Positions 42,502 through 50,709 of a stretch of DNA of 64,000 nucleotides are shown in pieces. The stretch is from assembly GCA_963558405.1 (NCBI GenBank), contig CAUWGC010000001.1, positions 100,718 to 164,717 on the forward strand. The letters are read 5' to 3'. The notes under the pieces were generated by a model, which did not search any database, had not been told where the DNA came from, and worked only from the letters and a program-made list of their open reading frames with translations. The translations under genes were made by a program, and so were the position numbers. This stretch comes from an uncultured Clostridia bacterium (GTDB taxonomy: Bacteria; Bacillota; Clostridia; TANB77; CAG-508). Each line of letters begins with the position of its first letter. The stretch's first letter is position 1.

Positions 42502-43121
42502 ATGGAAACATTACAAGAAATAATAGGAGTATTAAGAAATGTTGGAGTCGCAATTGGTGGAATAACTTTAATTATTTTATTAATTAAAATGGCTACAGAA
42601 CCAGATGATAAAGCAAAGTATATTAAATTAATAAAGAATACTATTATTGCAAGTATTCTAATTACTTTATCATTAACTTTACTGCAAATACCAAAGGATT
42701 TCTTTGGTGAGGCAGTAGGAATTGCTGATGAAGGAACAGGAGATATTACATTTGCAAAAATTGAAGATAAGGATTGTCAAGGTAGAGAAACTGTAAATAT
42801 AGATGGTAAGAGATATGTAGTAACAGATACAGGTAAGAAAATTGCAGCACTCACAGATGATGAATCGTTACATGAAGCTTTTGGTATATATTCAAGTGGA
42901 AAGGTCGTAGAAAATGTATGCTATTTAAGACCGTTCAATGATTGTCAAGGATTTTGGAAAGGTTTTTATGCTGATATAGAATATTATAGAGATTCAGATG
43001 GATTTATTTTTCCATCTACTTTTACTTATCCTGAATATACTGTACATAAAGGACAAGGAGGAGTGTTTACAAATAACGGTCGGTGATGGTCGGTGGCTCT
43101 GGAGGAGGTGGTGGTAGATGA
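42502..43121 (+). CDS. T4SS-region membrane protein with Gly-rich tail (+1 shifts at CGG 43081 and 43091)
   Basis: Two TMs; the shifts give NNGGDGGGSGGGGGR* ending in an ATGA overlap with the next start (43118). Confidence 0.65.
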
Positions 43122-43432
43122 AAAAAACTGTAAAAATACCATCACAAATTAAGTTGCAAACAGAATTTTTTGAAGGCTATGGTATGGAAGAATTAATTAA
43201 AACAATAATTGTTTTAGTAATATCGGCAGTAATTTCTTATATTGTATATAAAATATCACATACAACATTAATTTCAACATTTATTGTTATTGGAAATACA
43301 GTTATAGCAGTTGTATTTTTAACAAAAAATAGAAGCGGATTTTCAATGTTAGATAATATAAAAGATATTGTAAAATATGAACTTATGCAGAAAGAGTATA
43401 AGTACGAAAGAGGGAATTATCATAAGGAATAA
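43118..43432 (+). CDS. PrgI/VirB3-like membrane protein
   Basis: IP..I....EFFEGYG, two TMs, upstream of the VirB4 module. Confidence 0.65.
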   Translation: MKKTVKIPSQIKLQTEFFEGYGMEELIKTIIVLVISAVISYIVYKISHTTLISTFIVIGNTVIAVVFLTKNRSGFSMLDNIKDIVKYELMQKEYKYERGNYHKE

Positions 43433-44027
43433 AAATAAATCACTAAATGAATTTTTAAATATAAAAAATATTGATGAAAACTTCCTATATACACTAGATA
43501 ATAAGATTATTACTTTTATAAAAGTATATCCAATAAATACAGAGCTTTTTTCGGAAGAAGAATTGGAAAACAAAATGGATAGTATGAGTGTAGAATTTAG
43601 TAATGAACAATATCCATATTCTATTTTTGTTGTTCCAAGAAAAGTTGATATTTCTGACTATATAAAAGAACAAGAGGAATTAAAGAAAAATATTCAAGAT
43701 GAAATAAGTATAAAAATAGTGGAAAAAAGGATGATAGCAACACATGAAATGGTTGCAGATAGAAATATTATAGAAAATGAATTTTATCTATATATATGGG
43801 AAGATGATTCAGAAAATGTAAAAGAAAAAATATTAAAAAGAGCAAATAACTGGAGAAAAAGATTTAAAGATTGTGGATTTGAAACAGAAATACTAGAAAA
43901 AACACAAATTATTCTTTTATCAAAAAGTTTTACAATACCAGAATTTGCTCGAAAGGAGGATACAAATTATGGTGACAGCATCGTAAGAATAAGGAGAAAA
44001 ATTGTTAGAGATAAACCAAATATATAA
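43377..44027 (+). CDS. Conjugation protein upstream of VirB4
   Basis: FLNIKNIDENFLYT, IKVYPINTELFSEEE, EFYLYI; start uncertain (ATG 43377 lacks SD, ATA 43422 has GAGGG). Confidence 0.65.
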   Translation: MNLCRKSISTKEGIIIRNKNKSLNEFLNIKNIDENFLYTLDNKIITFIKVYPINTELFSEEELENKMDSMSVEFSNEQYPYSIFVVPRKVDISDYIKEQEELKKNIQDEISIKIVEKRMIATHEMVADRNIIENEFYLYIWEDDSENVKEKILKRANNWRKRFKDCGFETEILEKTQIILLSKSFTIPEFARKEDTNYGDSIVRIRRKIVRDKPNI

Positions 44028-44727
44028 CATGGATTGTATGGAAGGTATCAAGTTATTAGATGATAAAAGTGTTGATCTAGTTATCATTGATCCACCATAC
44101 AAATTAAACATATCAAAAGTAAAACATACAACAACATTTAATAATTATGCAAATGAATTATTAGATTTAAAAGATGGCTTTGATTTAGAAGTATTAGATT
44201 TGTTAGTACAAAAGATGAAGAAGATAAATATATACATTTATTGTTCTAAACGACAAGTAAAAGAATTGTTAGAATACTTTATGAATAAAGATTGTAATTA
44301 TGAAATACTAACTTGGCATAAGATGAATCCAAGTCCACTTACTAATAACAACTATTTGCCTGATACAGAATATGTCGTGTTTGCAAGGGAGAAAGGTGTT
44401 AGATTAAACGGAAATTATCATACTAAAAGAAAGTATTATATTTCAGGAACTAACCAGACAGATAAAAAGAAATATAAACATCCTACGATTAAGCCATTAC
44501 CATTTATAGAAAGTCATATAATCAATTCTAGCAATGAAGGTGATTTAATATTAGATTGTTTTGCAGGAAGTGGAACTACACTTGTTGGAGCAATAAATCA
44601 AAATAGGAATTTTATTGGATTTGAAATTAATAAAGAATATTATGAAATAGCACAGACAAGAATTAATGAAGTGATTAATTCTAAAAGGCAGGTGAGTGCA
44701 AATGAAGAAGGAAAAAACAAATTATAA
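44002..44727 (+). CDS. N4-C/N6-A DNA methyltransferase (beta class)
   Basis: DLVIIDPPY, HPTIKP, LDCFAGSGTT. Confidence 0.92.
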   Translation: MLEINQIYNMDCMEGIKLLDDKSVDLVIIDPPYKLNISKVKHTTTFNNYANELLDLKDGFDLEVLDLLVQKMKKINIYIYCSKRQVKELLEYFMNKDCNYEILTWHKMNPSPLTNNNYLPDTEYVVFAREKGVRLNGNYHTKRKYYISGTNQTDKKKYKHPTIKPLPFIESHIINSSNEGDLILDCFAGSGTTLVGAINQNRNFIGFEINKEYYEIAQTRINEVINSKRQVSANEEGKNKL

Positions 44728-46484
44728 TCTAATAGACCTAATTACTCCAACAGGACGGACTTACTTTTGAAAGGAATAAGATATATTTCGGAAGTAGATA
44801 TTGTAAAATTTATACAATTGCTCACTATCCATCAAACATAGAAATGAAATGGTTAGGAAACCTAGTGGCTAATACAGGAGCAATATTTTCTATAAATATT
44901 GAGCCAACAGATAATGCAGAATTAATTGATGATTTAGATTCTAGAATTAGAGATGCATCAGGTCTGGCACAAATTTCTAAAAATGAGTCTAGTAGGCAGA
45001 TGAGGGAACAAGAAATACATGAGGCAAGTGAAATTATAAATAGAATGATACAAAATAATGAAGTTGTATCATATTTAACTATATATATTCTTGTTTCAGC
45101 TGAAGAAAAGGAAGAACTAAAAATAAAATGTAAGGAGATTGAAAGTGAAGTACAACATCAGAAATTAAAGATTAGAAACCTTACAAATTATCTACAAATG
45201 AGTGGATTTAAAGCAGTTGCACCATTTTTTACAATACAAACAGATTTAAGCAAAAAATTTAAAAGAAATATTTTAACATCTAGTTTTACAGGTGGATTTT
45301 TATTTAATACAGATACCTTTATAGATGAAGGTGGTTATTACTGGGGTGTAAATCAAAACGGAGGAATAATCATCTTTAATTTATGGCAACAAGATTTAAT
45401 GAGAGGCAACAGCAATATGTTTGTTGTTGGAAGTTCTGGAAGTGGAAAAAGTATGGCAGTAAAGCACATGATATTAAATGAAATACCAACTACTAAAATT
45501 TTGATTATAGATGCAGAAAACGAATATAGTTATTTATGTAAAAACTTAAATGGAAAAGTAATTGAGTGTGATGGAATAGATAATGGTGGTGTTTTAAATC
45601 CTTTGCAAGTTAGAGTAAATAGAGATGATGAAACAGGTAATAATGCTTTATCGTTACACTTTCAGTTTTTAGAAACATTTTTCCAAATACTTTATCCATC
45701 TTTAACAGAAATTGAATTTTCAAAATTAGATTTGATTTTTGAAAAACTATATAAAAAGTTTGGAATTACTAAAAATACGGATATAAGCAAATTGAAGAAT
45801 ACAGATTTTCCTATATTGGAAGATTTGTATTATTTTATCGAAAAGGAAAATGGAAGAAGTCAAGATGAAATATATAAAAAATTACTAGCATTAATAAGAC
45901 CGATTGCAATAGGACAAGCATCTAGCATTTGGAATGGTTATACAAATATTGAAGTTGATACAAGAGTAACAGTATTTAATACATCTACTATGCAAAAATT
46001 TCAAATTCAATATAAAAGAGCACAATACTACAATATTTTATCTTATGCTTGGGATATTTTAAGTAAAGATATAAAAGAAAGAACAATGTTAGTTGCAGAT
46101 GAGTGTCATATATTGGTAGATCCTAATATTCCACAAACATTGGAATATATAAGATACATAAGTAAAATGGCAAGAAAGCATAATTCGTCAATTTGTGTTA
46201 TCACACAAAGTATAGAGGATTTTTTAAATGAAAAAATTAAGTTATATGGGCAGAGTTTACTTGCAAATGCAACGAATAAACTCTTTTTTAAATGTGATGG
46301 AAAAGATTTAAAAGATATTGTTTCTACATTTAATTTAACAGAACAAGAAGAAAAAATGTTATTGAATGCAAAAGTTGGAGAATGCTTATTTATGTGTGGC
46401 ATAAGAAAATTATATATGGCTTTCAAACTATTTGATTATGAGTTAGAAATGATTGATTCTAAATTTGTAAAGGAGAATGTATGA
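44702..46484 (+). CDS. virB4: VirB4 ATPase, +1 shift at CGG 44756
   Basis: AGGTGA SD + ATG 44702 MKKEKTNYNLIDLITPTG; skipping C gives GLTFERNKIYFGSRYCKIYTIAHYP joined to ORF 44844; GSSGSGKS, ADECH, ARKHN, TQS; 593 aa. Confidence 0.85.
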
Positions 46485-47056
46485 TTAGAAAAATGTCAGT
46501 AGTAATAGGAATCATTATATTTCTTTTAATCTTATGTGCAACACAAATTTTAAATGTAGGTGCAAGTTCTGGAAACAATAACAAAAATGAAATAATTGAA
46601 GAAATAGGAGAAATTGTATATAATGGAGAATTTCCAATGCCAATAGAGAATTTTATAATCGTAACAAGTAAATTTGGTGTAAGAGAAGGACATGGAGTTG
46701 TAAGTGGTAATCACACAGGAATTGACTTATGTGGAAGTCTTGGAAGTAGAGTAATGGCTGTAAAAGATGGAGAAGTAACTCATGCAGGATGGCAAGGTGG
46801 TTATGGGAATTGTGTTGAAATAAAACATACAGATGAACAAGGAAATACATTTTATACTTTTTATGCACACATGAGAGATAATTCACTTCAAGTTACAAAA
46901 GGTCAGCAAGTAGTAACAGGACAAATAATTGGAACACAAGGATCAACAGGAAATTCAACAGGTGATCATTTGCATTTTGAAATTAGAAAAAGTAGTGGAA
47001 CAAATAAAGATACAATTGATCCTGCACCGTATTTATTTACGGAGAAAGAGAGGTAA
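46481..47056 (+). CDS. M23 peptidoglycan hydrolase (VirB1-like role)
   Basis: HTGIDL, GGYGN, YAHM, GSTGNSTGDHLHFE. Confidence 0.88.
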   Translation: MIRKMSVVIGIIIFLLILCATQILNVGASSGNNNKNEIIEEIGEIVYNGEFPMPIENFIIVTSKFGVREGHGVVSGNHTGIDLCGSLGSRVMAVKDGEVTHAGWQGGYGNCVEIKHTDEQGNTFYTFYAHMRDNSLQVTKGQQVVTGQIIGTQGSTGNSTGDHLHFEIRKSSGTNKDTIDPAPYLFTEKER

Positions 47057-47057
47057 T

Positions 47058-47504
47058 ATGAAAGAGTATGAAAAATATACAAGAAAAGAAATGTCAGACA
47101 TTGCTAAAAAGGAAGGTTTTGTCTTTGTAGAAACATCAAGAGGAGATAATTACATTATAAGGAAAGATGACATATGCGACTTTATTGTGCAAGAAGCAGA
47201 AAGACAGGGGCATTCTGTTGATATGGAAATATATGTACCTAATCCTGATATAGAAAAGCCATTCCTAACAACAATAGGATGTTTTTTAAATAAAATAAAT
47301 CAAAATTATAGAAAAGAAATAATAGATAGACTAATTAGATTGCAGACATATCAAATAAAGCCTAAAAAGGTAAAAATCTTTGATAATGATATTTTTAGTA
47401 AAATGTCGCTTGAAGAATTAGGAGAACAACAAGGAAAAACACTACAATTCGACAAGTTTTTTAAAAAATATTATGAAGAAGAAGAAGAAATGGAGGCAGA
47501 GTAA
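47058..47504 (+). CDS. Hypothetical ICE protein
   Basis: ATG 47058 after GAGAGG; tail EEEEEMEAE. Confidence 0.7.
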   Translation: MKEYEKYTRKEMSDIAKKEGFVFVETSRGDNYIIRKDDICDFIVQEAERQGHSVDMEIYVPNPDIEKPFLTTIGCFLNKINQNYRKEIIDRLIRLQTYQIKPKKVKIFDNDIFSKMSLEELGEQQGKTLQFDKFFKKYYEEEEEMEAE

Positions 47505-47701
47505 TGAAAGATAAATTAGAAAAGAATAAAGAATTAATCTGCTATCTTGTACTTATGTTATTTTTAATTATTCTAGTAATATGTAATAATGTATTTTGGA
47601 AATTAGGAAAAGAAACAGACAGTACAGAAAATAAAATTGATTACTTGGAGTCCAACAATATAATATATAATGTACCGTATGAGGAGAGGGTACTAGATTA
47701 G
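47504..47701 (+). CDS. Small membrane protein
   Basis: TAATG coupling to the previous gene, one TM. Confidence 0.55.
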   Translation: MKDKLEKNKELICYLVLMLFLIILVICNNVFWKLGKETDSTENKIDYLESNNIIYNVPYEERVLD

Positions 47702-47713
47702 GAGGTAATTAAA

Positions 47714-48400
47714 ATGTTAAGTTATATTGCAAGTAATTCTACAAAAGATTTAATAATAGATGTTTGTAAAGAATTACAAATTACAATATTAAGTCAAGTA
47801 GATGAAGTGGACTTTTTACAATATATAAAAGAAACAAAAGTAAATTTTAAATTAATAAAATATATAGTTATTGATTTAAAATGCTTAAAAGGAACAGAAG
47901 AAAATCAGATAAATGCTATCTGCTATTTTAAAGAATTGTATCCTAATATAAGGATAATTATTCTTGCTAGTGACTATGATGATCAAAATATAATTCTAAC
48001 TTCTTTATACGAAAAAGGCATATATAATATGATAAATGCAATTGAAATAGGAAAAGTAAAAGAAGAATTAGAGAAATGTTTGTCAAGCGAAGGTGTTAGC
48101 AAGAAAGATGCTAAAAGATTCAAAAAAGTAGAAGAAGTTAAGGTTAAAAAGACAAATAAATTCAAAGAAATAATTACAAAAAATAAAACTAAAAAATCAA
48201 GTAATAAATTAAAAAGCAAAAACACACTTGAAGCACCAGTAAATACGAGTGTTTATTTTTTTACTCTCTTAATTTGTGCTATAACAAAATTACTTGAATT
48301 GATAGGTGCAATTATTATATTTGGATTAACATCTTTGGGATTAACGATTCTATTTAATGAACCATTAAGAAATATGATATTTCAAATATTTCAAAATTAA
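47714..48400 (+). CDS. Hypothetical protein with receiver-like N-terminus and C-terminal TMs
   Basis: GGAGG SD; YIVIDL...YPNIRIIILA. Confidence 0.6.
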   Translation: MLSYIASNSTKDLIIDVCKELQITILSQVDEVDFLQYIKETKVNFKLIKYIVIDLKCLKGTEENQINAICYFKELYPNIRIIILASDYDDQNIILTSLYEKGIYNMINAIEIGKVKEELEKCLSSEGVSKKDAKRFKKVEEVKVKKTNKFKEIITKNKTKKSSNKLKSKNTLEAPVNTSVYFFTLLICAITKLLELIGAIIIFGLTSLGLTILFNEPLRNMIFQIFQN

Positions 48401-48442
48401 ATGTAATGTTTTTAGATAAAACAAGGAAAGGAATGATTTTTT

Positions 48443-49003
48443 ATGGATGATAATACAAGAGTTTTGGCTTGTAGAATTGATGCAGATTTAAGGTTAAAAA
48501 TGAAAGAGTATATTGCAAAAGAAGGAATAACTGTTAAAGAATATGTTACAGGACTTATAAAAGAAGATTTAGAAAAAAATGCAGTTAAAGCCAAACAAGA
48601 AGAAAAAAAGACAGAAGAAAAAGGCAAAGAAAATAAAATACAGGGAGAGCAAGAAAATAAAAAGGAACAACCTATTAAGGATAAAAAAGAAGAAAAAGAA
48701 ATAAAACAACCAATGATAGAAAACAAAAATGAAGAAGTCAAAGACAATAAAAAAAATGAGGATAAAAAAGAAACAAAAACAACAATAGAAAAAAATAAGA
48801 ATGAGGAATCAAAAAATAAAAAAATAGAATCAACGAAGCCAACAGTAGATTCAAATAAGAAAGAACTTATTACAAATAAACTAGTAAATATAAAACAAGA
48901 TAAGGGGTTACTAAAAACTGCAATAAATGAAAATATAAAAAAAGATATGAAAAATCAAGTGGTTAAAAAGAATCAAAAAGAGGAGGAAGAAGAGTTTGAA
49001 TAA
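48443..49003 (+). CDS. RHH-like N-terminus plus low-complexity Lys/Glu region
   Basis: LACRIDADLRLKMKEYIAKEGITVKEYV; tail KEEEEEFE. Confidence 0.65.
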   Translation: MDDNTRVLACRIDADLRLKMKEYIAKEGITVKEYVTGLIKEDLEKNAVKAKQEEKKTEEKGKENKIQGEQENKKEQPIKDKKEEKEIKQPMIENKNEEVKDNKKNEDKKETKTTIEKNKNEESKNKKIESTKPTVDSNKKELITNKLVNIKQDKGLLKTAINENIKKDMKNQVVKKNQKEEEEEFE

Positions 49004-49817
49004 AACAAAAATAGTAGGATTAAGTATATTGTTACTAACTTTATTTTCTACAAATTGTTTTGCAACAACTGATGATTTAAAAGTACATGAAATAAATAAA
49101 ACAGTATCAATAGAAGAGGCAGAACAATATAGAGAAAATATAAAAAATGAAATCACAATTGATAATACTAAATATGAATTGCAAGATATAATAGAACAAG
49201 AAAATAAAGATATTGTATCAGAAGAAAAAGAACAGACAAAACAGAAAGTAGTATATACAAATAATAAATATGATGTACTAAATATGTTTGAAAGTAAAAT
49301 TGAAATGACAGAAGATGAAATGTCGGGAACATTGGAATTACAAAATAACTCATTAGATTTAAAAGTAAATGACAGTTATATAGAACAATATAAAGTATCA
49401 TTAACAAAAAAATATGAAAATGTTCCAAGTAATGAATTAAATGATGTACCTAAAACTATTGAAGAAAATGGAACTACTTATTATTTAATTAATCCTATCT
49501 GGACAGTTTCTCAAGTAGAAAAAGTAGAAGGACAGGATGTTCCAATTGCTTATAATGGAGAGATGCAATATGAAGGAATAAAAGAAAGAACAATTGTAAA
49601 AAGTTATCTAGCATATGTAAGTTATAAAGGAACAATAGAAAAGGAAGAAGTAGATTCAATATCATTTGAAATTACTTATAAAAAAGTACCACAAGAAATA
49701 ACAGAGGAAGAAAGTCCAAACTATATTCCATTAGCAGTAGCAACAGCAGGAACAGGAATTGTGGTTGTAAGTGGAATTATTCTTTGGAAAAGAAAAAAGA
49801 AAAATAAAATAGCATAA
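48996..49817 (+). CDS. Secreted, C-terminally anchored surface protein
   Basis: Signal peptide ending NCFA; C-terminal TM plus KRKKKNK. Confidence 0.7.
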   Translation: MNKTKIVGLSILLLTLFSTNCFATTDDLKVHEINKTVSIEEAEQYRENIKNEITIDNTKYELQDIIEQENKDIVSEEKEQTKQKVVYTNNKYDVLNMFESKIEMTEDEMSGTLELQNNSLDLKVNDSYIEQYKVSLTKKYENVPSNELNDVPKTIEENGTTYYLINPIWTVSQVEKVEGQDVPIAYNGEMQYEGIKERTIVKSYLAYVSYKGTIEKEEVDSISFEITYKKVPQEITEEESPNYIPLAVATAGTGIVVVSGIILWKRKKKNKIA

Positions 49818-49829
49818 CAGGAGGCTATC

Positions 49830-50396
49830 ATGAAAAAGAAAATTATTATAATGAGTATTTGTCTTATACTAATTGCAGGGATTATTGGAATAGTATATCT
49901 ATTTAATTTATATGACAAAAATTTAGTAGATCCAAAAGAAATAGTTACAGATTCAAAATTTGAAAATGTAACTTATGATAGAGTAGAAGAAATTGGAGAC
50001 GATGTAATAGGAATATTAACTATTGAAAAAATTGGTTTGAAAGCAACAATTAAAGAAGGAAGTGACAATGATGTTTTAAAAGATTATATTGGGCACATAG
50101 AAAACACAGCAACATATGATGGGAATGTTGGATTGGCAGCACATAATAGAGGAAATCAATATTCTTATTTTGCAAGAATCAATGAGTTAGAAAATGGAGA
50201 TATCATTACATATCAAACTAAATTTTTTACTAGAAATTATAAAGTAGATAATATTAAAACAATTCTTGAAACAGATTGGAAACCACTAAAAGATACACAA
50301 GAAAATAAGCTAACTCTTATAACTTGTATACCAAATAAAAAAGTTCAAAGATTGTTTGTACAAGCGACAGAAGTTGTTGGAAATGACTTGCAATAA
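49830..50396 (+). CDS. Sortase (class D-like)
   Basis: GNVGLAAHNRG, LTLITC, downstream Arg (QRLFVQA). Confidence 0.88.
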   Translation: MKKKIIIMSICLILIAGIIGIVYLFNLYDKNLVDPKEIVTDSKFENVTYDRVEEIGDDVIGILTIEKIGLKATIKEGSDNDVLKDYIGHIENTATYDGNVGLAAHNRGNQYSYFARINELENGDIITYQTKFFTRNYKVDNIKTILETDWKPLKDTQENKLTLITCIPNKKVQRLFVQATEVVGNDLQ

Positions 50397-50441
50397 TTGT
50401 CGAGATGAGTTACAATAAATACAAATGAGGGATGTGATAGT

Positions 50442-50654
50442 ATGTTTAAAAAAGATAAAAATGTTTATGAAGTAAAGATAAAACCACAATTAAATTTTAT
50501 GGGGAAATTTTATATTACCTTTATAGTTTTATTTGTGTTATTTGTAACATACATTATAGCTTATCGAGAGATACATAGAGAAGAAATAATTGAAAATGTG
50601 AAAAATAATAATAAACAAGTTGTTGTAGAAAATACAACAAATGAAATTAACTAA
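50442..50654 (+). CDS. Small membrane protein
   Basis: GAGG SD, one TM, hairpin follows. Confidence 0.55.
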   Translation: MFKKDKNVYEVKIKPQLNFMGKFYITFIVLFVLFVTYIIAYREIHREEIIENVKNNNKQVVVENTTNEIN

Positions 50655-50709
50655 AAAATATTTATATAGTAAAAACACCTTTTAGGGTGTTTTTTTAATG
50701 GAGGTAAAA

